Shown here one piece after another: positions 51,869 through 62,239 of a stretch of DNA of 64,000 bases (positions within the stretch are counted from its first letter, which is position 1; each line of letters starts with the position of its first letter). Source of the stretch: Bacillota bacterium (GTDB taxonomy: Bacteria; Bacillota_I; Bacilli_A; Acholeplasmatales; UBA5453). A program made the position numbers and the translations under genes. Where the stretch lies: assembly GCA_023436805.1 (NCBI GenBank), contig JAEZHT010000078.1:9766-73765 (forward strand), given 5' to 3'. The notes under the pieces are model-generated. The model was not told the origin of the DNA. It did no database searches and saw nothing but the letters and a program-made list of their open reading frames with translations.

Positions 51869-52984
51869 ATGTACGCTTGCGTATTGGTGGCTGCCGGGTC
51901 TGGCACCAGAGCGAATTTAGGATACAATAAGTTGCGATACTTGGTGAATCAAAAACCGCTTTTTTGGTATGCTTTTAAACCATTCTATGACCGTGGGTAT
52001 GAAATGGTTTTAGTCATCAACCCGGAAGACGAGTCTTTTATTAAATCATATATACCAGAAGATGTTAAAATAGTTTACGGTGGTAAAACGAGAGCTGAAT
52101 CTGTTCGAAATGGTTTACACGAAGTCACAGAGAAATATGTAATGATTCATGACGCTGCACGCGTATACATTGACAGTGATTTGATTGAACAAGTGGAACA
52201 CGGTTTAGCGATTCACCGTGCTTGTGTACTTTCAAAGCGTGTCACAAATACGATTTATCTCAAAGAAACCACCTTGAATATTTTAGATCGCCGCTATCTT
52301 TATGAAGCAGAAACACCTCAAGCGTTTATGACAGAAGAAATCACCCAAGCGTATGAAACGATTTTACCCAATGTAACAGATGATGTTTCACAATATCAGC
52401 ACACATTTAATCATGAGGTTGGTTTGATTTTACATGAACAAAATAATTCAAAAATCACCTATCAAACAGACATTGAGCATTTTGAAAAAGAGGTTGAACG
52501 CCATATGTATCGTATTGGACATAGTTATGATATCCATCAACTCGTTGAAGGGCGACCGCTCATCTTAGGTGGGATTCATATCCCATTTGAGTTAGGTCTG
52601 CTTGGACACAGTGACGCGGACGTTTTATTACACGCCATCGCTGAATCCATCCTTGGTGCGTTGAGTCTTGGAGACCTCGGATCATTCTTCCCAGACACCG
52701 ATCAAAAATTCAAGGATATGGATTCAAAAATCATCGTTAAAGAAGTCGTTAAGATGATGAAAAATGCGGGGTATAAAGTATCCAATTTGGACTGTACAAT
52801 ATTTGCGGAAAAGCCCAAATTAGCGCCATTTATGAGTGATATTAAGAAGTCGGTAAGCACCTTATTAGATGCACCACAAAATATCATCAACATCAAAGCT
52901 GCAACCAACGAAAAACAAGATGCCATTGGCAACCTCAAAGCGATGGCTGCCAGTGCAACCATACTATTAGATAAAGGAGAATAA
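51869..52984 (+). CDS. ispDF: Bifunctional IspD/IspF (MEP pathway)
   Basis: AAGSGTR, HDAAR, TPQAF, then RIGHSYDIH and GHSDADVLLHA. Confidence 0.9.
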   Translation: MYACVLVAAGSGTRANLGYNKLRYLVNQKPLFWYAFKPFYDRGYEMVLVINPEDESFIKSYIPEDVKIVYGGKTRAESVRNGLHEVTEKYVMIHDAARVYIDSDLIEQVEHGLAIHRACVLSKRVTNTIYLKETTLNILDRRYLYEAETPQAFMTEEITQAYETILPNVTDDVSQYQHTFNHEVGLILHEQNNSKITYQTDIEHFEKEVERHMYRIGHSYDIHQLVEGRPLILGGIHIPFELGLLGHSDADVLLHAIAESILGALSLGDLGSFFPDTDQKFKDMDSKIIVKEVVKMMKNAGYKVSNLDCTIFAEKPKLAPFMSDIKKSVSTLLDAPQNIINIKAATNEKQDAIGNLKAMAASATILLDKGE

Positions 52985-52988
52985 GGAC

Positions 52989-53252
52989 ATGTTAATTGAA
53001 ACTCAATTCGGCAATTTTGAACTCATCCACAACACCAAAGATGCGTTTGATATTGCGAAATTTAATGCCCGTTATGTCGACACATTTGATCGATTTGATT
53101 ACATTGTAGGCGATGTTGCTTCCGAGTTATTGAGACTCAAAGGGTTCGTTTCTGACCCTAAAGATAAGAACTATTTCAAGTACATCCCAGATTACCTAAA
53201 TGAGTCATGTAACTACCAATGTGGTTATTTCATTTTGAAACGCGTTAAATAG
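52989..53252 (+). CDS. YutD/DUF1027 family protein
   Basis: FDYIVGD..LLRLKGF, DYLNESCNYQCGYFIL. Confidence 0.88.
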   Translation: MLIETQFGNFELIHNTKDAFDIAKFNARYVDTFDRFDYIVGDVASELLRLKGFVSDPKDKNYFKYIPDYLNESCNYQCGYFILKRVK

Positions 53253-53320
53253 AGAACTTATCATAACATTTGAAAGCTACATGCTTTTAGCATATACTAT
53301 AGTGGCAGGGGGGATTTACA

Positions 53321-53548
53321 ATGGATGAAACAACCAAATTAGTACACGATTTAATTGACCGTGTTAGACCTTATTTACATAGAGATGGTGGCGATATTGA
53401 AATTGTCTCTGTTGAAGACGGTATAGTTTATGTTAAAATGTTAGGTGCATGCGATGGCTGTGGCCTCATCGACGTAACATTGAGACAAGGGATTGAAACG
53501 ATGTTATTAGAAAACGTACCAGGAGTCATTGCAGTTATCACCGTATAG
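53321..53548 (+). CDS. NifU/Nfu Fe-S carrier
   Basis: VRPYLHRDGGDIE, GACDGC, TLRQGIE. Confidence 0.92.
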   Translation: MDETTKLVHDLIDRVRPYLHRDGGDIEIVSVEDGIVYVKMLGACDGCGLIDVTLRQGIETMLLENVPGVIAVITV

Positions 53549-53561
53549 GAGGTAATCTACA

Positions 53562-54005
53562 GTGAACACTGCAGAACAAATCATTAATCATTCGATTATC
53601 GCACTACTCGCAGCTCAAATTTTGAAGTTTATCACTTTTAGTGTTAAAGAAAAGTCATTACAACCTCGTGCTTTAATATCCACCGGGGGTATGCCTTCTT
53701 CTCATAGCGCTTTGGTGACTTCATTGACTGCGAGTATTTATCTTTATGAAGGCATTGGTTTATACTTTGCCATCTCATTGATGCTTGCATTGGTCGTTAT
53801 CCACGACTCCATGGGCATCCGTTTAGAAGCTTCTAAACATGCTATGATGCTTAACAACATCAATGAAAAGTTGGGTCTAGATACAGACCACATCAATAAA
53901 GGCAAAGCACTCAAGGAACCGTTAGGACACTTCCCAATCGAGGTATTTGCTGGATTCTTGCTGGGTATAGTTGTTTCTATACTTGGGTATTACATCGGAG
54001 GATAG
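53562..54005 (+). CDS. Divergent PAP2 family protein (DUF212)
   Basis: AQILK, GGMPSSHSA, DSMGIR, LKEPLGH. Confidence 0.9.
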   Translation: MNTAEQIINHSIIALLAAQILKFITFSVKEKSLQPRALISTGGMPSSHSALVTSLTASIYLYEGIGLYFAISLMLALVVIHDSMGIRLEASKHAMMLNNINEKLGLDTDHINKGKALKEPLGHFPIEVFAGFLLGIVVSILGYYIGG

Positions 54006-54007
54006 TC

Positions 54008-54859
54008 ATGAATAAAAATAAAATTGGCATTGTCGTCGACTCTACTTTCAATCTCAAACCAGAGTTTGTGAAAGAAAATGACATCCGTGTGGTGTACCTT
54101 GACATCATTGTTGGGGCAGACACCTACAAAGATGGTGACCTCACCAACGACCAAATTTATGCATTTATCGATCAAAATAAAAAAGTATCCACGTCACAAC
54201 CCGCACCGAATCGTTTCATGATTGCGTATCAATCCTTATTGGATGATGGTTATGAACACGTCATTTGTTTGACTGTAGCGCAATCCTTAAGTGGGACATA
54301 TAATAGCGCATTGCTTGCGAAAGACATGTTGGAACAAAAAGAACGTGTGACCGTAATAGATACAGCAACCGCCATCTGTGGCGCAGAGTATTTGGCGGAA
54401 CGCTTGGTTGAACACATTAATCATAAAGACTCACTAGAGGCAGTCATAAACGCGTTCACGCTAAATCGCAGTCATGGTTCGCTCATTTTCACGGTGGACG
54501 ATTTGAATATTTTAGTCAAAAGTGGCCGCTTATCCAAAATTCAAGGGATGATTGGTAACTTACTTAAAATCAAACCCATCCTTCGCTTTGATCAAGGTAA
54601 ATTGTCAGTTGAACATAAAGTAAGAAGTACCGACGGTCTCGTTAATTACCTCACTGCTGAAGTTGGGAAATTATCTGAAAAAGCCAAAACTGTGGTGCGA
54701 ATAACTTATACAACCACTTCAGATGTTGCCCATCAATTTTATGAAATGGTTAAAGAAAAGTTTGACAATGTATCTGTAAAAGTGAGTGGCACGATATCTG
54801 CTGTCATCGCCGTACATGTCGGTAAAGCCGGCTTAGGCATCTATCTAACGAACGAATAA
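54008..54859 (+). CDS. DegV family fatty-acid-binding protein (FakB-like)
   Basis: VVDST, STSQP, LSGTYNSA, KSGRL, LKIKPI, HVG. Confidence 0.92.
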   Translation: MNKNKIGIVVDSTFNLKPEFVKENDIRVVYLDIIVGADTYKDGDLTNDQIYAFIDQNKKVSTSQPAPNRFMIAYQSLLDDGYEHVICLTVAQSLSGTYNSALLAKDMLEQKERVTVIDTATAICGAEYLAERLVEHINHKDSLEAVINAFTLNRSHGSLIFTVDDLNILVKSGRLSKIQGMIGNLLKIKPILRFDQGKLSVEHKVRSTDGLVNYLTAEVGKLSEKAKTVVRITYTTTSDVAHQFYEMVKEKFDNVSVKVSGTISAVIAVHVGKAGLGIYLTNE

Positions 54860-54877
54860 GAGGGCAACCTCTTTTTT
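54858..54877 (+). terminator. Rho-independent terminator
   Basis: AAGAGG-GCAA-CCTCTT with a T run. Confidence 0.7.
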
Positions 54878-54934
54878 CTTTTTCTTTTATCATATAAAAA
54901 ACAAATGATATAATAAAACAAACGGGGTGGTTTT

Positions 54935-55258
54935 ATGTACCAAAAAGGCGACATCATCGATGTGGTAGTTACAGGCATCGCACCCTATGGTGTGTTTGTC
55001 AAAATCAACGAGTATACAGGTCTCATCCATATTTCTGAAATTTCAGATAAATTCGTCCGTGATATCAGTCAATTCGCGATGACAGGGGACCAAGTCAAAG
55101 TGATCGTCATCGAAGCCGATGAAGAGAACAAGCAATTGAAACTCAGCTATAAAAAATGTGATCGTTCCAAGAAAATCAAAATTTGTGACATGAAGATTGG
55201 TTTTAAAACATTGGAAGAAAAACTGCCTGAGTGGATAGAAGAAAAACTAAAATCATAA
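54935..55258 (+). CDS. S1-domain RNA-binding protein (YugI/GSP13-like)
   Basis: VTGIAPYGVFV, GLIHISEIS, GFKTLEEKLPEWI. Confidence 0.9.
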   Translation: MYQKGDIIDVVVTGIAPYGVFVKINEYTGLIHISEISDKFVRDISQFAMTGDQVKVIVIEADEENKQLKLSYKKCDRSKKIKICDMKIGFKTLEEKLPEWIEEKLKS

Positions 55259-55295
55259 AAAATAAGCGTAGATGAACCCATCTGCGCTTATTTTT
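55258..55295 (+). terminator. Rho-independent terminator
   Basis: 17-bp stem AAAAATAAGCGTAGATG/CATCTGCGCTTATTTTT. Confidence 0.8.
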
Positions 55296-55402
55296 CTTGA
55301 TATTGGTGAATGTAAGCGGCTTGTAACCGTTTTATGAATGATATTTATATCATAAAGAGTGAAAAGTGATATAATGGTATCGATCAAAAAGGATGTGTAA
55401 AC

Positions 55403-56713
55403 ATGATTAAATTAAATGCGAAACACGCAGTATCATTTTTAAACGAAAGCGTCCAATTAGACGCGAGAATCAAACAAATCCACAAACAAATTCATGAAAA
55501 AACCGGTAGAGGTAATGACTTCTTAGGTTGGTTAGATTTACCTGTCAACTATGACAAAGCAGAATATCAAAGCGTACTAGAATCTGCTAAAAAGATCAGA
55601 GAACAATCCCAAGTCTTGGTAGTCATCGGGATTGGTGGGTCTTATTTAGGTGCCAAAGCTGCCCTAGAAATGTTACGCCCTGCATTCCCTAAAAAAGGCG
55701 ATTTAGAAGTCATTTTTGTTGGCCATCAAATTTCTGCCGCTTATGCGAAATCACTCTTGGCTTACCTAGAAGACAAATCATTCTCCATCAACGTGATTTC
55801 CAAATCGGGGTTAACCACAGAACCTGCCATCGCTTTCCGCGTTTTCAAGCGTTATCTTGAAGAACGCTATGGCGAAGTAGAAGCAGCTAATCGTATTTAT
55901 GTCACTACCGACAAAGCCCGTGGCGCATTGAAACAACTCGCCAATGAAAAAGGGTACCCTACTAATGTGATTGCAGACGATATCGGCGGTAGATACTCCG
56001 TATTAACGGCTGTTGGTTTATTACCAATCGCGGCTGCGGGCATTGATACGGATGCCATTTTAAAAGGTGCACAACAAGCATACAATGAATTTTTGAACGA
56101 ATCTAACGTTGCCTATGATTACGCAGCACTCAGATATCGTTTATATAAGTCCGGTAAAAAGATTGAAATGCTTGTCAACTATGAACCAAGCTTGGTATTC
56201 TTCTCCGAATGGTGGAAACAATTATTCGGTGAATCTGAAGGCAAAGAAAACAAAGGCTTATTTGTTGCTAGTGCCGCATTCTCAACAGACCTTCACTCTT
56301 TAGGACAATACATCCAAGAAGGTGAAAGGGATCTATTTGAAACCGTCATCAAAGTCAACCGTACCAAAGAAGACCTCGTCATCGAGTCTGAACCAGTCGA
56401 TTTGGATGGCTTAAACTACCTAGCGGGTAAGTCGATGCAATTCGTCAATGAAAAAGCATTCCAAGGCACGCTCTTAGCCCATGTCGATGGTGGTGTACCT
56501 AACATCGTCTTAGAAATCGAAACCATCAACCCAGAAACCTTTGGTTATATGGTCTATTTCTTTGAAAAAGCCTGTGCAATGTCCGCTTATTTGTTAGATG
56601 TTAACCCATTTGATCAACCAGGCGTTGAATCCTATAAAAAGAATATGTTCGCTTTATTAGGTAAAAAAGGGTATGAAGATTTAAAACACGAACTTGAAAA
56701 GAAATTGAAGTAA
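55403..56713 (+). CDS. pgi: Glucose-6-phosphate isomerase
   Basis: [37 protein letters not shown]. Confidence 0.97.
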   Translation: MIKLNAKHAVSFLNESVQLDARIKQIHKQIHEKTGRGNDFLGWLDLPVNYDKAEYQSVLESAKKIREQSQVLVVIGIGGSYLGAKAALEMLRPAFPKKGDLEVIFVGHQISAAYAKSLLAYLEDKSFSINVISKSGLTTEPAIAFRVFKRYLEERYGEVEAANRIYVTTDKARGALKQLANEKGYPTNVIADDIGGRYSVLTAVGLLPIAAAGIDTDAILKGAQQAYNEFLNESNVAYDYAALRYRLYKSGKKIEMLVNYEPSLVFFSEWWKQLFGESEGKENKGLFVASAAFSTDLHSLGQYIQEGERDLFETVIKVNRTKEDLVIESEPVDLDGLNYLAGKSMQFVNEKAFQGTLLAHVDGGVPNIVLEIETINPETFGYMVYFFEKACAMSAYLLDVNPFDQPGVESYKKNMFALLGKKGYEDLKHELEKKLK

Positions 56714-56734
56714 AAAGGCGACCATCGCCTTTTT
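56712..56734 (+). terminator. Terminator of pgi
   Basis: AAAAAGGCGA/TCGCCTTTTT. Confidence 0.75.
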
Positions 56735-56799
56735 GTTTCCTTATAAAGCACAACGTTTTTCTTTATTGAGAAAAATGTTAAAATAATAACGGTGATATC

Positions 56800-57246
56800 A
56801 TGAAAGAAAAATTCACAAATTCAGCCAAAGAAACCACCTTTTTGGGGTATCAAGTTGGCTTATTATTAAAACCCGGTTCTGTATTGTTATTAGAGGGTGA
56901 CCTCGCTGCTGGAAAAACCACCTTTACCAAAGGGATTGGTCAAGCTTTAGGCATCAAACGAACCATCAATAGTCCAACATTCACCATCATGAAACGCTAC
57001 ATGATGGAAGAAAACAAATTATATCATGTCGATTTATACCGCTTGGATGAAGTTGGTTCTGATTTTGATTTAGAAGACTACATCAATTCTGACGGTATTT
57101 CTGTCATTGAATGGCCGCACAAAGTGAGCCATATTTTACCACGTGAATATTTATTGGTTGAATTTGAAGATTTAGGCAATGACCAACGAAAAATCACTTT
57201 TAAAGCCAAAGGCGAAAAGTATGAAAGGGTGGAATATTATTTATGA
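56800..57246 (+). CDS. tsaE: t6A biosynthesis ATPase TsaE
   Basis: GDLAAGKTT, SPTF, HVDLYRL, IEW. Confidence 0.95.
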   Translation: MKEKFTNSAKETTFLGYQVGLLLKPGSVLLLEGDLAAGKTTFTKGIGQALGIKRTINSPTFTIMKRYMMEENKLYHVDLYRLDEVGSDFDLEDYINSDGISVIEWPHKVSHILPREYLLVEFEDLGNDQRKITFKAKGEKYERVEYYL

Positions 57247-57827
57247 ACCAAATTTTATTTGACTCAGCTACCGGCGTCTTGGTGATGGCCCTCGCGAAAG
57301 ATGGCAGAATGATTGACTATTCCATCCGAATCGGTAAAAAAGACCATGCAAAATACGTGGTTGACCGTATGGACCAGATGCTCAAAAGAAAATTACTCAC
57401 CATCGATCAAATCGATGAAATCATTGTGGGGTATGGCCCGGGATCCTATACTGGACTACGCATCGCTGTGATGGTAGCGAAAATGCTCGCTTATACCAAG
57501 CGAATCAAACTCAAAGCAGTATCCTCATTATACTTTTTATCAAGCGGTATTGAAGAACCCATCGCACCGATGATCGATGCCCGTAATGGCAACGTCTTCG
57601 CTGCGATCTTCGGTCCAAACCAAATGATCCTCGAAGAAGGGTTATATACCACTGAGTATGTGAGAGAGTTTGCGAAAGCACATCAGGTTAAACCGTATTT
57701 CATCGACGAAAGACATTATGAGATTGATACGAAGAAAATCATCGAACATAGTTTTGAAGTCAAAGATGTGCATCATTTCGTGCCTAACTACTTAAGAATC
57801 ACAGAAGCGGAGCGCAATCTCGAATGA
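57243..57827 (+). CDS. tsaB: t6A biosynthesis protein TsaB
   Basis: GPGSYTGLRI, IDAR, PNYLR. Confidence 0.94.
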   Translation: MNQILFDSATGVLVMALAKDGRMIDYSIRIGKKDHAKYVVDRMDQMLKRKLLTIDQIDEIIVGYGPGSYTGLRIAVMVAKMLAYTKRIKLKAVSSLYFLSSGIEEPIAPMIDARNGNVFAAIFGPNQMILEEGLYTTEYVREFAKAHQVKPYFIDERHYEIDTKKIIEHSFEVKDVHHFVPNYLRITEAERNLE

Positions 57828-58276
57828 TCCGAAAAATGACCATAGAAGACATCAATACCGTGGTTGACCTCGAAATGACAGTCTTTGGACACACCCTCGG
57901 TTACGATATGATATATAATGAAATTACAAACCACCCTTTTGCGCATTACTTCGTCCATGAAAAAGATGGCGAAATCATTGGGTATGTGGGTTTATGGATC
58001 AACGATGACATTGGTCAAATCGTGAACTTTTTGGTCAAACCATCTTTTCAAAATCAAGGGTTAGGCAAACTTTGGATGCGTTTTGTGATGGATTATTTCA
58101 AACAAAAACAAGTCCATATCATTTCATTAGAAGTGAGAGAGACCAATGAAAAAGCAATTCGATTGTATGAATCGATTGGATTTAAGAAGAGTTATAAGCG
58201 TCCTAAGTATTACGATAATAAAATCGACGCACACGTGTTAATTTGGAGGGATAATGATGCTGATCTTAGCCGTTGA
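57824..58276 (+). CDS. rimI: Ribosomal protein S18 acetyltransferase-like GNAT
   Basis: LEVRETN..AIRLY..GF...RPKYY; position between tsaB and tsaD. Confidence 0.88.
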   Translation: MIRKMTIEDINTVVDLEMTVFGHTLGYDMIYNEITNHPFAHYFVHEKDGEIIGYVGLWINDDIGQIVNFLVKPSFQNQGLGKLWMRFVMDYFKQKQVHIISLEVRETNEKAIRLYESIGFKKSYKRPKYYDNKIDAHVLIWRDNDADLSR

Positions 58277-59249
58277 ATCCAGCTGCGATGAATCCTCAGT
58301 CAGTATTGTGAAAGATGGGAAAACCGTCTTAAGCAACGTGGTTTTATCACAAATAGATATTCACAAAGTATATGGTGGTGTGGTACCAGAAATCGCGTCA
58401 CGCCATCACATTGAAAATATGACCATCGTTTTTGAAGAAGCGTTAAAACAAGCCAACGTCACTGAACAAGACATCGATGTGGTTGCTGTTACAGAAGGAC
58501 CCGGATTAATCGGTTCATTATTGGTAGGTATCAATGCAGCGAGTGCGTTCGCGTTTGCCCACAACAAACCATTACTCGGTGTCAATCATATGATTGGACA
58601 CATTTACTCAGCCAACATCGAAAACGACATGAAATTTCCACTGGTCGCTTTGGTCGTTTCTGGTGGACACACTGAACTGGTATATATGAAAGACCACATG
58701 TCCTTTGAGCTCTTGGGCGAAACCCAAGATGACGCCGTAGGTGAAGCCTACGATAAAGTCGGACGGATGTTGGGTCTAGCTTATCCAGGGGGCCCCGTCA
58801 TCGACAAATTGGCACAAGTTGGTAAACCAAGCTATGTTTTACCAAGACCGATGATCGATGAAGATTCCTATGACTTTTCATTCTCTGGTTTAAAGAGTGC
58901 TGTAAACAACATGATTTACCACATGAAACGTAAAGAAGAAGTCGTGAATGTGGAAGATATGTGTGCCTCATTTCAAATGAGTGTGGTGGATGTATTGGTA
59001 TCCAAACTCAAAAAAGCAGCCAACGATTATAACGTTAAACAAATCCTCATCTGTGGCGGTGTGGCCGCCAATAAAGGCCTCAGAAAACGTGTCTTTGAAA
59101 CTATCACAGACAAAGAAATCATCATTCCATCGATGCAGTATTGTACCGATAATGCAGCGATGATAGGTGCGGCAGCGTATTATACTTATCAACAAAAAGG
59201 CCCACTCAAAGACTATATCTTAGGTGGACAATCCTCATTAGATTATTAA
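58254..59249 (+). CDS. tsaD: t6A biosynthesis transferase TsaD
   Basis: [41 protein letters not shown]. Confidence 0.97.
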   Translation: MMLILAVESSCDESSVSIVKDGKTVLSNVVLSQIDIHKVYGGVVPEIASRHHIENMTIVFEEALKQANVTEQDIDVVAVTEGPGLIGSLLVGINAASAFAFAHNKPLLGVNHMIGHIYSANIENDMKFPLVALVVSGGHTELVYMKDHMSFELLGETQDDAVGEAYDKVGRMLGLAYPGGPVIDKLAQVGKPSYVLPRPMIDEDSYDFSFSGLKSAVNNMIYHMKRKEEVVNVEDMCASFQMSVVDVLVSKLKKAANDYNVKQILICGGVAANKGLRKRVFETITDKEIIIPSMQYCTDNAAMIGAAAYYTYQQKGPLKDYILGGQSSLDY

Positions 59250-59268
59250 ATAACTCAAAATAAAAGGG

Positions 59269-60690
59269 GTGAGTGTTGTGAAGTTCTTGTTTAAGTTAGT
59301 ACTTAGAATCACGATTGTTTTACTCGTTTTAGGTTTAATTTTCATTGTTTTACCACTGGCACTGTTGTATAAAAAGACAACTGCACCAACCGATCAATAT
59401 GTAGAATCGTCTGAAACGGTGTTCTATACCGCTTTAGACAATGAATTATCGACATTGATCACCGATTCGAATGAAGATTCGGTCACGTTGAGCGTGACAG
59501 AAGCGTTCCTTAACCGCGTCATTCAAAAAGCATTATCGAAAGACAATCCAAAATACCTCAATCCAACTTATGCAGGTGAAATTGAACATGATTATATGAT
59601 GGTCTTTGGTGGTTCCGCAGGCCTTAAAGGGGTGTGGACCACGATTAGTGATGACCAAATTAAAATCACTGCAGGTGCTGATTTTGTTGTCGGCGGATCT
59701 GTTTTATATCAAACTGGACTTGAAATTGTCTTCGAGGTTTTATTGGCTGAAAGTGATGAATACTTCTTGAAGGTTGAGAAAATCCAACTGGGAAGCATGA
59801 AATTACCACTCAAGCAATCTTATCAATTGACCAATTTCATCGTGAATCAAGTTACCAGCAAGAGTTTGAATGAGCTGGTGGCTGAATACATGAGTTTTGG
59901 TGATTTTAATGCTGAAGACTTCAGTTTTGCTATAGGTGAAACCGAATTGACCGATTACTTATACGATATCGATCCAACCTTCGCCGCTTTACTCAAAATA
60001 ATTTACAAAGAATCATTGTTGGTGATGGACATCTCCGATGAAGGTTTTGATATTGCTTTAAATTTAGGTGCATTCAGAAGACTAAATACGGATTTAGATG
60101 CACCAGTATTCACCAAGTGGGAAAGCGAGGCCGACAAAGCCGCTTTCATGACAGGGTTGGCAGCCCAAGCGGCGACCAACGCGATATTAAATCCAACGGA
60201 CCCAAGCATGGATTTAACAGAAGCAGACGTGAATGCCATTTTGGATTATACGTTGGGAGAAAAAGTTCAATTTGATTTCCCAATCAAGTTTAAACTCAAT
60301 GGTAATGATGTCGAATACAAGTTTAGTTCAACCAACTTATTCGTACGTATGCAAGGTACAGTCTTATCGATTCATTTAAAGATGACATTAACCAAAGTCG
60401 GTATGGCTGGTTCATTTGACATGCAGTTTAATTTGAGAGGTAACATCAGTATGAACGCCACTGGCGATATGGTCTTAACCATCATAGACGCCAATATCGG
60501 TGAAATCGATTTAGACCAAGCCACCCTGGCTGGTTTGATTGCTGTATTTGATGCCGATTTGATGGTAGGTAATACCATTGTCATACCAAAAGAAAAAATC
60601 AATGAAATGTTCCAAGGGTCTGGTATCGTGATCAATAACAGCTATGTGATCAACGGTGAACTCAGATTGCACTTTGGACTAGACAGTTAA
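59269..60690 (+). CDS. Hypothetical N-terminally anchored protein with internal duplication (YpmS/TULIP-like?)
   Basis: One N-terminal TM helix; repeated motif LSVTEAFLNRVI / MDLTEADVNAIL followed by beta-rich segments. Confidence 0.65.
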   Translation: MSVVKFLFKLVLRITIVLLVLGLIFIVLPLALLYKKTTAPTDQYVESSETVFYTALDNELSTLITDSNEDSVTLSVTEAFLNRVIQKALSKDNPKYLNPTYAGEIEHDYMMVFGGSAGLKGVWTTISDDQIKITAGADFVVGGSVLYQTGLEIVFEVLLAESDEYFLKVEKIQLGSMKLPLKQSYQLTNFIVNQVTSKSLNELVAEYMSFGDFNAEDFSFAIGETELTDYLYDIDPTFAALLKIIYKESLLVMDISDEGFDIALNLGAFRRLNTDLDAPVFTKWESEADKAAFMTGLAAQAATNAILNPTDPSMDLTEADVNAILDYTLGEKVQFDFPIKFKLNGNDVEYKFSSTNLFVRMQGTVLSIHLKMTLTKVGMAGSFDMQFNLRGNISMNATGDMVLTIIDANIGEIDLDQATLAGLIAVFDADLMVGNTIVIPKEKINEMFQGSGIVINNSYVINGELRLHFGLDS

Positions 60691-60696
60691 TTATTG

Positions 60697-60725
60697 GACC
60701 CATTTGTAAAAGAATGGGTCTTTTT
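60697..60725 (+). terminator. Rho-independent terminator
   Basis: GACCCATT/AATGGGTC with T5. Confidence 0.65.
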
Positions 60726-60752
60726 CATGCTAAAATGGGGATGGGTGATGTT

Positions 60753-61679
60753 ATGAATGAAACGCTATATGCAAAAACCAATAAAAAAATAAACCGTTTG
60801 GGTTTTGGTGCATGGCAGCTTAACAATTCCTTATGGGGAACCATGTCTGAAGAAGATGGCATCGCCTTGGTAAAAAAGGCCATCAACCAAGGTATAAATT
60901 TCTTTGATACGGCACCAGGGTATGGCTCAGGTATGAGTGAAATCATCTTAGGTAAAGCCATCAAGGGTCATCGTGAAGCAGTCGTCATTAATACCAAACT
61001 CGGTCATAAGGCGGATGGTAACACTGATTTTTCCGTCGAATCTTTAGAAAATCAAGTCAAAGAATCACTAAAACGAATCGATATCAAATATTTGGATAGC
61101 GTTATATTACATAACCCAAGTCGAGATATTTTAGAAGGTAAAACCACTCATTTTCAAGTGTTGAGTCAGATTAAACAAAAAGGACTCATCCGTGCTTTTG
61201 GGGTATCCATCGATACATATGATGAGTTGGAAACAGTATTAAAAAACAACGATATTGATGTGGTTGAAATCTTGTTCAATGTCTTTTTTCAAGGTCCGTC
61301 TAGGGCATTTAAATTGGCGAAAGACAAAGGGGTGAGTCTGATTGCGAAAGTACCCCTAGATTCAGGATGGTTGACAGGCAAGTATGATGAACATGCCACA
61401 TTTACAGGCATTCGAAATCGTTGGAGTAAAGAAGTCATCCACCATCGTGGGTTGCTAGTAAAACAGCTTAAAACCATCACGCAAAGTGAGAATTTAACAC
61501 CATACGCTGTTGGTTTTATTTTGTCATACCCTGAAATCACCACCGTGATTCCTGGGATAAAAACATTCGAACAGCTCCATGAATTCACAACAAATGACTT
61601 CATCATCAGCGATGAAATCAAACAACAGATGATTGACCTCTATGAAAGAGAGATTAAAAACAATCCATTGCCTTGGTAA
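60753..61679 (+). CDS. Aldo/keto reductase
   Basis: LGFGAWQ, GINFFDTAPGYG, TKLG, SLKRI, LHNP, VIPG; start ATG 60753. Confidence 0.92.
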   Translation: MNETLYAKTNKKINRLGFGAWQLNNSLWGTMSEEDGIALVKKAINQGINFFDTAPGYGSGMSEIILGKAIKGHREAVVINTKLGHKADGNTDFSVESLENQVKESLKRIDIKYLDSVILHNPSRDILEGKTTHFQVLSQIKQKGLIRAFGVSIDTYDELETVLKNNDIDVVEILFNVFFQGPSRAFKLAKDKGVSLIAKVPLDSGWLTGKYDEHATFTGIRNRWSKEVIHHRGLLVKQLKTITQSENLTPYAVGFILSYPEITTVIPGIKTFEQLHEFTTNDFIISDEIKQQMIDLYEREIKNNPLPW

Positions 61680-61773
61680 TGGGTTTTTTGAATATGTAAC
61701 GGGTGCCAAACTTGTTATGTAAGCGCTAATCATGTATAATGAATCCGAAATTAGAAAAGAAACGAGGTTTCTT

Positions 61774-62238
61774 ATGATCCCATCCTTTGAAAAACGTGTT
61801 CGCGCCTTCGCGATTGATACATCTGCCGTCATGCTCATGTTGATGATTGCTTACCCCATGCCTCAAACCTTCCCAGGTCTTTTAGGGGAAGTACTGGTCT
61901 ATGTGATTGGGTTAGGTGGATTTTTAGGTTTTTACTTACTACCCTATGTGTTTTCTAACGGTCAAAGCTTTGGCAAACGCATCCAAAAAATAAAAATAGT
62001 CGACGTCTCTGGAGAACCTGCCCCACTTTGGCGCATTCTCCTCAGAGAAGTCTTTAAATTAACCTTATCGGTATTTACTTTTGGGATTTACATGGTCATC
62101 AGTTTCTTCATCTTAAGTGACCAATCGAGAACCACCCACGATTACATTTTCAAAACGAAAATGATTGATTTAGAAAAACGCACCGAACGTGATCATTACT
62201 TTGGAACCACCGAAAGTCTCAGAAAGAAAGGACTCTAA
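61774..62238 (+). CDS. RDD family membrane protein
   Basis: KRVRAFAID, GQSFGKRI..IKIV, HDYIFKT; start ATG 61774 after GAGGT. Confidence 0.88.
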   Translation: MIPSFEKRVRAFAIDTSAVMLMLMIAYPMPQTFPGLLGEVLVYVIGLGGFLGFYLLPYVFSNGQSFGKRIQKIKIVDVSGEPAPLWRILLREVFKLTLSVFTFGIYMVISFFILSDQSRTTHDYIFKTKMIDLEKRTERDHYFGTTESLRKKGL

Positions 62239-62239
62239 T

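Noticed and set aside
55311..55335. cre-like sequences (TGTAAGCGGCTTGT, TGTAACCGTTTTAT) upstream of pgi
   Set aside because: Both lack the terminal CA of the cre consensus; not supportable without a genome-wide scan.
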